61,737 bases of DNA from Candidatus Cloacimonadales bacterium (lineage in GTDB: Bacteria; Cloacimonadota; Cloacimonadia; Cloacimonadales; TCS61): assembly GCA_030656075.1 (NCBI GenBank), contig JAUSOT010000147.1, positions 1 to 61,737 on the forward strand, given 5' to 3'. A program made the translations under genes and the position numbers. Shown here piece after piece: positions 30,692-40,365 of the stretch (the first letter of the stretch is position 1; each line of letters starts with the position of its first letter). The notes under the pieces were generated by a model that was not told the origin of the DNA, searched no databases, and was given only the letters and a program-made list of their open reading frames with translations.

Positions 30692-31702
30692 ATGAGATTA
30701 TTTATAATGATCGCATTAGTACTGATTTTACAGATGACTTTATTTGCAGAACTGCCGAACATCCACTCATCTATTGTGTTGGATGCAAAATTCTACTCCG
30801 GAGGTAATTCCAATACTGGAAGTTATGACACAGACAACAGGATTCAAATTAGAAAAGCAGCTTTGGAATTTACAGGAACGCTCGATAAAAAAATCGAGTA
30901 TGCTATTGAATTTGGAACTGCTACTTGCCAGGGAACAGGTTTAAACCTGAAACTTATGGATGCTTCCATATTTTACAATTTTAATGAAAATATCAAAGCA
31001 GGATTATTACAAGGTCACATCTTACGAGGTTTTGTTGGAAAAACAGAATGTTCCGAACGCTTAACATTGGAAAAACCTGTGTTTTTTAAAACTTTTGCTC
31101 CCTGCCATCCTACCGGATTTGTAGTAAATACAAATTTTGATCTGGGAGAAGTTGCAGGATTGGAAACAGAACTTGCCTTAATGAACGGTGTTAACGGAAC
31201 ATTCGATGGAGAACACGATTATAATCTCGGTCTGATCTTTCATACACCGCTTTCAGGTCTTTCAATTTCAGCGGACTATAATCATACCGAAAAAGGATTT
31301 TATGATGATAATTCCCAACTTTATTCGGAAACAGGTTATCGTTCCATTTGCGGATTAAAATTCGATAACTATAATTTTCGAGCAACAGGAGAATATTTAA
31401 TGGGAAAAGGATTCACTTATGATGATCAGGAAATGACAGCATATTATTTGCAGGCAGGATATGCTTTTCCAATGAAATGTAAATTCCTGAATTACATTCA
31501 ACCTTATGCAGTGTATGAATTCTGGGATAAAAATTCTGCTGAAGATGACGAAAGTGAATATACTTACATCAATGCCGGTTTGACGATTGGTCTGACTGAA
31601 TCAACAAGAGTCAGATTTAATTATATGAAGCCGCAGGATAAACCAGAAACCGCTCCTGAAGAAGCAGCGAGCTTTATTGTCAGGTTGCAGACAGGATTTT
31701 AA
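30692..31702 (+). CDS. Outer-membrane porin (OprO/P-like beta-barrel)
   Basis: Signal peptide. Alternating beta-strand pattern. The terminal aromatic ...IVRLQTGF is typical of OM barrels. Overall resemblance to phosphate-selective-porin-family proteins. Confidence 0.6.
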   Translation: MRLFIMIALVLILQMTLFAELPNIHSSIVLDAKFYSGGNSNTGSYDTDNRIQIRKAALEFTGTLDKKIEYAIEFGTATCQGTGLNLKLMDASIFYNFNENIKAGLLQGHILRGFVGKTECSERLTLEKPVFFKTFAPCHPTGFVVNTNFDLGEVAGLETELALMNGVNGTFDGEHDYNLGLIFHTPLSGLSISADYNHTEKGFYDDNSQLYSETGYRSICGLKFDNYNFRATGEYLMGKGFTYDDQEMTAYYLQAGYAFPMKCKFLNYIQPYAVYEFWDKNSAEDDESEYTYINAGLTIGLTESTRVRFNYMKPQDKPETAPEEAASFIVRLQTGF

Positions 31703-31715
31703 AAAAGGAGGAACA

Positions 31716-32606
31716 ATGAAAAAGTTAGTAATGATCTTATCGATTTTAGTTATTTCTGCATCGATTATGATTGCAGATACAGTTATTATCGTACCGTGCG
31801 ATGATATGTACACAGATCCCGATCATCCGGGAACAAATCCAACAATTACAGAACTTTGGACAGCAGATTTTAATCCTTCGGGACATTTTGAGCGAATTAT
31901 GATCAAATTTGATATTTCTCCATATATTGGTCAAACAGCAGATAGTGCAATTCTGCATTTAACTCGCTTTTACAGTTGTCCGAGCGGTGGAACAACAGCA
32001 TCGACTTTTTATGCAATCACAGAAGAATGGACCGAAGAAACCTGGGATCACACAGTGCACATTCAATATGATCCTTCCGCAAGTATGCCGTATGTTTTTT
32101 CCGGTAATGGTGGAAATACGATCGTGCAATTCGAGGTAGATATTACGGATTTTATTAACACCTTTTTAGAGGGTTCATTTGAAAATAATGGATTTATCAT
32201 CAAAGCAAATCCCAACCAGAAATTCAGTAAATTCTATTCAAAAGAATATTCCAATACAAATTATCGTCCCAGCCTTGCAATCACATTTCCCGATATAGAT
32301 GTTGATGAGCAAGAGATAACCGGAAATATCGAATTTCTCAGAAATTATCCTAATCCATTCAATCCGGAAACAACAATTTCTTTTTTAACCACAGAGAACA
32401 CTGAGAACACAGAGATTTTAATCTATAATTTGAAAGGACAGATTGTGAAAACATTTCTTATTCACAATCCATCATCAATAATACCTAATCAGATTATCTG
32501 GAATGGTAGAGATGAAAGTAATAATCCCGTTACCAGTGGAATTTATTTTTATCGAATAAAAACGGATAATTCTATTAGAACGAATAAAATGCTTTTACTT
32601 CGTTAG
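31716..32606 (+). CDS. Secreted DNRLRE-like domain protein with T9SS C-terminal sorting domain
   Basis: RBS aaaggagg and signal peptide MKKLVMILSILVISASIMIA. N-terminal domain has ERIMIKFDIS..AILHLTR...ITEEWTEETW. C-terminus NYPNPFNPETTISF...SGIYFYRIK. Confidence 0.55.
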   Translation: MKKLVMILSILVISASIMIADTVIIVPCDDMYTDPDHPGTNPTITELWTADFNPSGHFERIMIKFDISPYIGQTADSAILHLTRFYSCPSGGTTASTFYAITEEWTEETWDHTVHIQYDPSASMPYVFSGNGGNTIVQFEVDITDFINTFLEGSFENNGFIIKANPNQKFSKFYSKEYSNTNYRPSLAITFPDIDVDEQEITGNIEFLRNYPNPFNPETTISFLTTENTENTEILIYNLKGQIVKTFLIHNPSSIIPNQIIWNGRDESNNPVTSGIYFYRIKTDNSIRTNKMLLLR

Positions 32607-32614
32607 GTTTAAAG

Positions 32615-33136
32615 ATGAAAATTACTATTTGCGTTGCAGGAATTCTATTAGCAGCTTTCACTGTTTCTGCTATTGATTTCGATATCAGTAATAAAGATTT
32701 CATCTTGCTTGCTCATTTTTCGATAAAAGCCGACAGTATAACTTTCTGCACTATTAAAGATGTTAGATTCGCACAATACAATGATGAAGAAGACAATCCG
32801 GTCTTCTTCATCATTTCTTCCGATTTTTCCAAACCTGTCGGATATGAAGGTATCACGAATGTTGGAATAAATCTTGATGCAACAGGAAAAGTGTTATCTG
32901 TTAAAATTCTTTCCAGCGAAGATACACCTGCTTTCGTGAAAAGAATTAAAAGAAAATGGTTCTTAAATCAGTTTATCGGATATTCTGAAAATAAGAATAT
33001 CACAATGATCACAGGTGCTACAAAAACTTGTAAAGCAGTAAAAATTTCTATTGAAGAAGCGATTGAGAAATTTGTGCCGATTATTGAATTAATAAATCAG
33101 GAAAATAATAAAGGAAAAAACAATGCAAAAAAATAA
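32615..33136 (+). CDS. FMN-binding domain protein, exported or anchored
   Basis: Signal or anchor MKITICVAGILLAAFTVSA. FMN_bind pattern GYEG.I.VGINLDATGKVLSVKILSS.DTP ... ITGATKTCKAV (flavinylation-type T in GAT-x-T). Confidence 0.65.
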   Translation: MKITICVAGILLAAFTVSAIDFDISNKDFILLAHFSIKADSITFCTIKDVRFAQYNDEEDNPVFFIISSDFSKPVGYEGITNVGINLDATGKVLSVKILSSEDTPAFVKRIKRKWFLNQFIGYSENKNITMITGATKTCKAVKISIEEAIEKFVPIIELINQENNKGKNNAKK

Positions 33137-33677
33137 AGATCGCGTTTGCCCCGTCTGGATGGCATACACATTTGATAATCCTTTGCGGAAGCTCTTTCAT
33201 AATCCAACAAAAATGCTGCAGCCTTATTTGAGTGATGGAATGACTATATTTGATATTAGCTGCGGGATGGGACATTTCACGCTTGGAATGGCCAAAATGC
33301 TGGATGACAGCAGCAAAATAATTGCGGTTGATCTGCAGCAGGGAATGCTGGATATTCTGCTGAAAAAAGCTAAAAAAGCCAGATTGGAAAAACGCATCCG
33401 CCCGATTAAATGCCAGTCACACGATTTTTGTTTGGATGAAAAAGCAGATTTTGCTCTGGCGTGTTGGGTGATGCACGAAACTCCGGACGTGAAAAATTCA
33501 CTGCGCCAAATTTATGACAGCTTGAAGCCGGGTGGGAAATTTCTTATGATCGAACCGGCGATGCATGTTTCGGAAGAAACGGTGGAGAATGCCAAAGAAA
33601 TTGCTGCCGGTCTTGGTTTTTCGTTGATCGCAGAACCGAAAGTCAGACTGAGCAGAGCGCTGCTTTTGCAGAAGTAA
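33123..33677 (+). CDS. Class I SAM-dependent methyltransferase
   Basis: Motif I IFDISCGMGHF. Post-I acidic VDLQ. Motif III-like LKPGGKFLMIEP. Overlaps the FMN-binding gene by 14 nt. Confidence 0.75.
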   Translation: MQKNKDRVCPVWMAYTFDNPLRKLFHNPTKMLQPYLSDGMTIFDISCGMGHFTLGMAKMLDDSSKIIAVDLQQGMLDILLKKAKKARLEKRIRPIKCQSHDFCLDEKADFALACWVMHETPDVKNSLRQIYDSLKPGGKFLMIEPAMHVSEETVENAKEIAAGLGFSLIAEPKVRLSRALLLQK

Positions 33678-33852
33678 TTTTCAGCTTTCATTCTCTTCAT
33701 TCTCGTTGCATAGCTCCCGCTGTGCAACGTAAAATTTTGCAGCTCCTGCTGCCGATCAATAATCATTTTGAGCAGCTAGAGCTACGAATCTCTTCTTCAC
33801 ATATCAGGAGCTATATGACGAGTTAATGAAAAAATTATTTTTTGCTTGACCG

Positions 33853-34503
33853 CTAAATTCTAAATCCATAAATAAAATTTGATTCAGCTTTTCTCCAAAA
33901 GGGATTGTTAGAAAAACTCCATTCAAAAGGCAATGTCATCCTATATTTAGCCTGATAAATCCACCCTATCCCACTTTTCGACATCAAGGCAGGATCTACC
34001 ATCCAATATTCCTGGAACTCGTAACCATCGTCATTCACAAAAGCTCTGAATTGTTCGTTCGTCACCTCAAATTTACTGATGTAAAATTCTTTTGTGGAAA
34101 TCATCTCGATGATATTTTCCTCTTTTACAGCTCCCTACGAGCCTGCTTTGAATTTCTCCATTTCGTAATATATTCGATCTTTATATATCAGTTTCGGAAA
34201 GATGATATAGTCAGCAAGATTGAAATCTTTCGGTAATTCATCTAATATTATTTGCAATTCATAAAATCCTTTTTCTCTAAAAAACCAAAATCTCCGGTTA
34301 CAGATTCTGATTGTATCTTTATAATTTCATTATCTGATCTTCTAAAACATCCAATTTCTATTCTCATATTCTCTGCAGGATTTTCGATTTGCCTGGAAAT
34401 TACTATCTTGTCTTGCTTAATAATTTCTACATTAAGTAAAATCGGAATAGCAGATAATCCGGTTATTACTAAAAATAAAAATAATACTTAATGCTTTTCG
34501 CAT
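33853..34503 (-). pseudogene. Degraded formylglycine-generating-enzyme (SUMF1/FGE-sulfatase) family gene
   Basis: The 83-aa ORF (33853..34104) carries the FGE block FYISKFEVTNEQFRAFVNDDGY, but the domain is cut short. Upstream on the same strand, a signal-peptide start (ATG 34503, MRKALSIIFIF...) is readable only across a frameshift and stops. Confidence 0.5.
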
Positions 34504-34586
34504 GAACAATTTCCTCTTTGAGTATAAAAATATCTTGCTCTAAAAACGTAAACAAAAAATATAAATTTCTTTAAAGGAATGAATGA

Positions 34587-35138
34587 ATGAGAAAGTTTGT
34601 CATAATTTGTTTTATCTTGTTTTCCATGCAGCTTTTTTCACATCCGCATGTTTGGATAGAATATGCAGTCGAAGTTGTTTTTTCCGAAGAAGGTTTGCAA
34701 GGATTAGAGATAGAATGGACATTCGATGAAATGTTCAGTTGGCAGATCGTGATGGATTACACCGAAGACCAGGATTACGAGATAAGTGAAGAAGAAAACA
34801 AAATGATCGAGAAGGAAGCTTTTGCATATCTTGCAGAATTCGACTATTTTGCCGATTTTTATTTGAATGGCAAAAAGTTTGAAGTAAAGAAAGCGGAAAA
34901 TTTTCATGCCAAATGTAAAGGTGAATTTCTTGTTTATCATTTTTATATTCCCTGGAAAGTACCGGTAAAAAAGGAAACTACATATTTGAAAATATCATTT
35001 TTTGATGAAACGATCTTTTGTGAAGTAGTTCCCAAAAAGGATGGTCTAAAGATCAAAAAAGCTGAAAATATTTCTGCGGAATATTCCATGCCGGATAGAA
35101 TAACATATCAATTAAATTTCTGGATGAACAAAGAATGA
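34587..35138 (+). CDS. DUF1007 family periplasmic metal-binding protein (partner of NicO-type transporter)
   Basis: Signal peptide then the HPHVWIEY motif typical of DUF1007. ATGA overlap with the NicO-type permease. Confidence 0.65.
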   Translation: MRKFVIICFILFSMQLFSHPHVWIEYAVEVVFSEEGLQGLEIEWTFDEMFSWQIVMDYTEDQDYEISEEENKMIEKEAFAYLAEFDYFADFYLNGKKFEVKKAENFHAKCKGEFLVYHFYIPWKVPVKKETTYLKISFFDETIFCEVVPKKDGLKIKKAENISAEYSMPDRITYQLNFWMNKE

Positions 35139-35995
35139 AAACATTAAGAATAGTATTAATCGTTTTTTTTCTTTTGAGTTGTGTTTTTATCTTCACACGA
35201 GAAAATCCTCTAACAGGAGAAAAAGTGTCAATAGGTCAATCATCGCTTTTACAGAAAAGCTCGCTCTGGCATACAATCGCTGGCTGGCAAAAAGATATGA
35301 ACAGTAAATTAAACCACATCTTAAAAGATATGAAACAGAGTTTTAAACTTAAATATTTTCTTATCCTGATTTCTGTTTCTCTTTTGTTTGGAGTGATACA
35401 TGCAATTGGTCCCGGCCATGGAAAAATGATCGTGGGAGCTTATTTTCTGAAAGAAAAAGCTTCACCTATAAATGCATTGAAGTTAGGTTCTATTATTGCC
35501 ATTACTCACAGCGGTCTTGCTATTCTGTTGGGAATTCTTTTCGGGATAATTGTGAAATCAATGAAAATGCACGGAAGGATAGATGTTCAGAACTATATCG
35601 GGATAATAAGCGGAGCTTTTATCACGCTGTTGGGGATATTCTATTTCTGGCAAAAGATCAAATGTAAAAACCACTCTCTTCCGGGAAAGAAAAATGAAAT
35701 CCTTCTGGGCATCTTTTCCGGCATGATTCCCTGTCCCGTATCGATGACCATCATTCTTTTCAGTATTTACCTGGATGTGTTCTTTTTCGGTTTTCTGAGC
35801 GTGCTGTTCTTTTCGGTGGGAATGGCATGTACAATTTCTCTGCTTGGTTTCATAATTATTAAATCACGACACCTGATCTCCCGGATATCCATAAAGAATA
35901 AACAGAAAGCTCAGGCCATACAGAGAGTATTCGGTATAGTAACATCACTTCTAATTATCATCATCGGATTAAACTTGATTTTCACCAGGTTATAG
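35135..35995 (+). CDS. Nickel/cobalt (NicO/RcnA-type) metal transporter permease
   Basis: Polytopic protein with the signature GVIHAIGPGHGK and a second half GIFSGMIPCP. Confidence 0.72.
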   Translation: MKTLRIVLIVFFLLSCVFIFTRENPLTGEKVSIGQSSLLQKSSLWHTIAGWQKDMNSKLNHILKDMKQSFKLKYFLILISVSLLFGVIHAIGPGHGKMIVGAYFLKEKASPINALKLGSIIAITHSGLAILLGILFGIIVKSMKMHGRIDVQNYIGIISGAFITLLGIFYFWQKIKCKNHSLPGKKNEILLGIFSGMIPCPVSMTIILFSIYLDVFFFGFLSVLFFSVGMACTISLLGFIIIKSRHLISRISIKNKQKAQAIQRVFGIVTSLLIIIIGLNLIFTRL

Positions 35996-36055
35996 GATAT
36001 TTTTACTATCTGAAATTATGTATCTATCTTTTCCATTGTCATTCCCAACTTTATT

Positions 36056-37582
36056 CTGATCATTGCCGACGGACGTTACGGCTTCATTCACGGCCTGGCC
36101 AAAGACGTGGTGCATCGTCAAGCGGAGATCAGCAAGACAACTTCCGATAAAATCGATAGATTTGTTTTGAGCCGCTATCTGAGCGTTCCCATTTTCTTTT
36201 TTGTGATGTACCTGGTTTTCATGCTCACGATCAATGTTGGCGCTCCTTTCGTGGATTTTTTTGATCGCTTTATCGGCACGATTTTCGTGGATGGTCTGGG
36301 AAATCTGCTGCATTCCTGGCAGACTCCCGCCTGGCTGATCACACTGCTGGCAACCGGGATCGGCGGCGGTATTCAAGCTGTTTCCACTTTCATTCCACCC
36401 ATTTTTTTCATGTTCTTTTCACTTTCCATTTTGGAGGATTCCGGCTACATGAGCCGCGCCGCTTTCGTGATGGATCGTTTCATGAGATTCATCGGCTTGC
36501 CCGGCAAAGCCTTCATTCCTATGATCGTCGGATTCGGCTGCAACGTTCCCGCCATCATGGCTACGCGCACTCTGGAAAATCGCAAAGACCGCATCCTCAC
36601 CATTCTCATCAATCCGTTCATGTCCTGCGGAGCGCGTCTGCCGGTATATGCTTTTTTTGCCACTGTTTTCTTTCCCAGGAACGGTGGATTTATTATTTTC
36701 ATCATCTATCTAACAGGAATTATTCTCGCTGTTCTGTCCGGGCTGCTTTTTAAAAAAACACTTTTCAAAGGAGAAACTTCCACTTTCGTGATGGAGCTTC
36801 CCTCCTATCATATTCCCACTTTCAATGGAATTATGATGCACACCTGGCAGCGGTTGCGGGATTTCATTCTACGAGCAGGGAAAATCATTATCAGCGTGGT
36901 TGTGCTGCTCACTTTGCTCAATTCCATCAGCACAGACGGCAGTTTTGGCAACAAAGATTCAAGTAATTCGATATTGAGTTATGTGGGAAAAAAGATTACT
37001 CCTGCCTTCCAACCAATGGGCATAACCAATGAAAACTGGCCGGCAACTGTGGGACTGATCACGGGGATTTTTGCCAAAGAAACCGTGGTGGGAACGGTGA
37101 ACGCACTTTACAGCCAGATGGATGAATCGGTCGAAACGGAAGATTCTTTCAATTTTAAAAGCGGCATTCTGGTAGCAATGAAGGCTGTTCCGGATGGTTT
37201 CAAAAAGTTGGGAAAAGCCATTTTCGATCCGCTGGGAATTTCCGCCGGTTCGGAGGAAAATCACGAATTTGAATTCGCAAGCAATTCATTTGCAGAAATG
37301 CGAGCTCGGTTCGGACACAAAAATAACGCTTTTGCTTATCTTCTGTTCGTGCTCATTTATATACCGTGTGTAGCTGTGGTTGCCATTATTCAACGGGAAA
37401 TTGGGACGCGCTGGGCAATCTTCTCTGTTGTTTATCTCACAATTCTGGCGTGGATCGTTTCAACAATATATTTTCAAATTTCAATTTTTGCTTTGCAGCC
37501 AATTGCATCAATCATCTGGATTGCGATCTGCCTGGCAGTGATCAGCGGTTTCTTGGCAATTTTGAAATTTAGGACAAGTTAA
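36056..37582 (+). pseudogene. feoB: 5'-truncated feoB paralog (permease part only; G domain and feoA missing)
   Basis: Homology to FeoB 27562..29847 begins abruptly at [13 protein letters not shown] (about residue 255 of the full protein). It then runs to the C-terminus with long identical blocks ([81 protein letters not shown]). The upstream frame hits a stop at 36011. Only a GTG at 36107 could start it. Confidence 0.72.
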
Positions 37583-38187
37583 TGAAAAAAAAATGGGGAT
37601 TTTTACGAGAAACTGATGCTATGGCTAAAAAGGCTGGTATAGATAAAGATACAGGTCTGCATAGGACTGGACTGGAAGATTATCTGAAAGTAATTTTTCC
37701 GAAAATAGACGACTGGATACACGACAAAGCATTAGGTATGGTAAATGACACACTTTACAGAAGTCGTCCCGATTACAGAAGTGAGAAATTAAAACTTATA
37801 ATCGAATTTGATGGATTACAGCATTATACGAAACCCGATATTATTGAAAAAGATTTAAAAACTACTGAGCTATACAAAAACTTTGGATATAAAGTTGTTC
37901 GGATTCCGTATTTTATACAACTGACCAACAAAGCCGTTAAAACTTTATTTGATGTAGATGTATCAGAAGAATTATTTGATGAAACAATATCTTCGTTAGG
38001 CATTAAAGGTCAAAATACGCCTGCATATTTATGTCCAGCTGGAATAAAACGAATGGCAAGAGAATTTAAGAAATTCCCAGAACAATATAAAACGAATATA
38101 GATTTTCTAAAAAAACAAAATATCCCTTTTAGAAGTGGAGTGGAGTTTTTAGAAAACGAGTACAATAATAAAAACACCTGCACCTAA
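37582..38187 (+). CDS. DUF559/Vsr-like (PD-(D/E)xK fold) endonuclease-domain protein
   Basis: RPDYRSEKLKLIIEFDGLQHY...GYKVVRIPY resembles the restriction-endonuclease-like core of DUF559 proteins. TAATG overlap with the truncated feoB. AT-rich by eye. Confidence 0.5.
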   Translation: MKKKWGFLRETDAMAKKAGIDKDTGLHRTGLEDYLKVIFPKIDDWIHDKALGMVNDTLYRSRPDYRSEKLKLIIEFDGLQHYTKPDIIEKDLKTTELYKNFGYKVVRIPYFIQLTNKAVKTLFDVDVSEELFDETISSLGIKGQNTPAYLCPAGIKRMAREFKKFPEQYKTNIDFLKKQNIPFRSGVEFLENEYNNKNTCT

Positions 38188-38401
38188 CACATAGTATAGT
38201 GCAATGCGGGATTCAGTGGTTTTCGAAGCTTTGTGGCCCGTAAAAAAAGTAGTTGTTATTTGATAGGAAAGTGCTTCGAAATCGGTAACTAACCATACCG
38301 CATCCGTTAAACCTTACACTGATTATAATTATCCCTTGAACTTCTCCCACCTTTTCAGTTTCGTTTCAAAGCTCCAACTATATAATGTAAATCTTTCGCA
38401 A

Positions 38402-38465
38402 GGGCTATAAATATGTCGTCACTCTGTGACTGAATTATTTGTAAATCCTGTTATCCCGTCAAAAA
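38402..38465. repeat. 64-bp intergenic direct repeat, copy 1
   Basis: gggctataaatatgtcgtcactctgtgactgaattatttgtaaatcctgttatcccgtcaaaaa, containing the hairpin gtcac-tct-gtgac. Confidence 0.85.
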
Positions 38466-38598
38466 AACTAACTATCCACGTCCAACTGCAATAAAAAATA
38501 TTATCCTTCGTGATTCTTAGCGTTCTTAGCGGCTGAAAAAATATCCCGCTCCGAGGAGTTATTTTGATGTTTTTTTTTATTCCCAGGGCTTACACCCT

Positions 38599-38662
38599 GG
38601 GCTATAAATATATCGTCACTCTGTGACTGAATTATTTGTAAATCCTGTGATCCCGTCAAAAA
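38599..38662. repeat. 64-bp intergenic direct repeat, copy 2
   Basis: Same sequence as 38402..38465 with 2 substitutions, 197 bp downstream. Confidence 0.85.
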
Positions 38663-38783
38663 TGAATTAAAATTATCCGTGTTTATCTGCGTTAATCCGC
38701 GGCTAATAGAGAAGTAATGCTGAAAGAAATTTCAAGAGATTTTTCCATAGTAATGCTGATAGACACGTCAGAAAGACAATTAT

Positions 38784-39683
38784 TTATCGGTTAAATTTTT
38801 TCCATCTTTCCTGTTCACGTTCCAGATGAATCCGAAATTTAGACGGTTCTTCAATTTGAAAATTCAACTTTTTCCCGCTGATCGGATGCAGAAAATCCAA
38901 TTCCACAGCACAGAGAAAAAGCCCTTTTCCTTGGAAGACATGATGCTCTTCCCCGTAAAGTTTATCGCCCAAAATGGGATGTCCGATGCCGGCAAGATGA
39001 ATCCGCAATTGATGCGTTCTGCCGGTTTTTGGCCAGAGATCGACCAGCGAAAGCCAGCCGCTGCGCAGGGATGGAATCGATTCGATCAATTTGAAATCCG
39101 TGATCGCTTCCTTTCCTTCGACGGGTGAATCTATCGTTCCCTGATCCGCTATTTTTGCCATCACGATGCCGCGATAGCGTTTTTGGATTTCTTTGTTGGC
39201 AAATTGCTTGCCCAATTCGATGCGAGCGGAAGTTGTTTTGGCAATTATTAAGAGTCCGCTGGTGAGTGCATCTAATCTGTGAACCGGTTTGGGAAGAGAC
39301 AGGGCATCAGCTTCATTCGATATTGCAATATTATATAGAAGTGCATTTTCAATGGTTTTAAAGCGGTTGCCGCTTACGGGAAATCCTGCCGGTTTATTGA
39401 TCACCGCCAGAAATTCATCTTCGTAGATCACCTCAAATTTGAGAGAAAATATTTTTGGATTCTTTTTCTCACTTTCGATCAATTCCAGCAGCATTCCCGG
39501 CTGCATCCAGCGTCCGTATTCTGCCGGTTTCCCATCAATCAGGATCTCTCCACGTTTTATTGCTTTCCTAACTCCCTGTCGTGATGGAATGATCGTAAAA
39601 ATCTGCCGGGCATAATCGATGAAACGAACTTGTGGAATATCTTCGGGAACTCTATGTGATTGGATAACTTTTTTAGATTTCAT
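38784..39683 (-). CDS. RluA family pseudouridine synthase
   Basis: Catalytic motif HRLDALTSGLLIIAKT, plus KRYRGIV and GRTHQLRIHLA. Confidence 0.82.
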   Translation of the reverse strand: MKSKKVIQSHRVPEDIPQVRFIDYARQIFTIIPSRQGVRKAIKRGEILIDGKPAEYGRWMQPGMLLELIESEKKNPKIFSLKFEVIYEDEFLAVINKPAGFPVSGNRFKTIENALLYNIAISNEADALSLPKPVHRLDALTSGLLIIAKTTSARIELGKQFANKEIQKRYRGIVMAKIADQGTIDSPVEGKEAITDFKLIESIPSLRSGWLSLVDLWPKTGRTHQLRIHLAGIGHPILGDKLYGEEHHVFQGKGLFLCAVELDFLHPISGKKLNFQIEEPSKFRIHLEREQERWKKFNR

Positions 39684-39738
39684 TTTTCGACCTCATCGCC
39701 TCATCCGCCCTGATCCTTCGACTACGCTCAGGATGACA

Positions 39739-40365
39739 TCAGGACATTTTCTCCAGAATGTCATCAAGTTTGTAAAACATCAAAGTTGGAGAAAGAGCTT
39801 TCAACGCTTCTGAAGCATTATAACCCCAGGCTACGGCACCAACCGGTAAATCTATTTTTTGAGAAGCATGAACATCCCGTAATTCATCTCCGATATAAAT
39901 TGCTTCTTCTTTGGCAATCCCAGCCAATTTCAGGACTTTTTTCAGTTTGGCTTCCTTACCGAACAAGGAAACGCCACCGACAAAAAAATCATTCAGTTTC
40001 AAGAGTTCATATCCCATCACTTTAGCTATATTTTCCTGGGAATTTGTGCTGACGATTGCGATTTTATGACCTCTGGCTTTCAGCTCTTTCAGCAGTTTTG
40101 CTGCGCCTTCAAAGAGTTTTACATCTTCAATCTGTTCGGTCATCAACTTGCGCATGTAGGTTGCAATTGAGGGAAGTTTATAGAGTGGAATTTTTAAATG
40201 TTTCAGAAAACTGGCAGCATCCAGTTTTCGCAATTCTTCTGTTTTGTTTTTGTTGATTTTAATAAGATCGAATTTTTCTGCTACCCGATCCAAAGTCTTC
40301 AAAAACCAGGGGAAGATGTCAGCCAGGGTTCCGTCAAAATCAAATATTACCAGTTTATATTTCAT
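39739..40365 (-). CDS. HAD family hydrolase (phosphoglycolate phosphatase-like)
   Basis: Motif I VIFDFDGTLAD, motif II VSTNS, motif IV YIGDELRD. Confidence 0.78.
   Translation of the reverse strand: MKYKLVIFDFDGTLADIFPWFLKTLDRVAEKFDLIKINKNKTEELRKLDAASFLKHLKIPLYKLPSIATYMRKLMTEQIEDVKLFEGAAKLLKELKARGHKIAIVSTNSQENIAKVMGYELLKLNDFFVGGVSLFGKEAKLKKVLKLAGIAKEEAIYIGDELRDVHASQKIDLPVGAVAWGYNASEALKALSPTLMFYKLDDILEKMS

Noticed and set aside
36107-37582. Reading the second feoB as an intact, deliberately split permease-only FeoB starting at GTG 36107.
   Set aside because: Homology to full-length FeoB extends about 50 nt upstream of that GTG and starts in the middle of the helical domain. There is no RBS, and no feoA or G-domain gene precedes it. 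It is called a truncated remnant, although expression of the permease part cannot be excluded.
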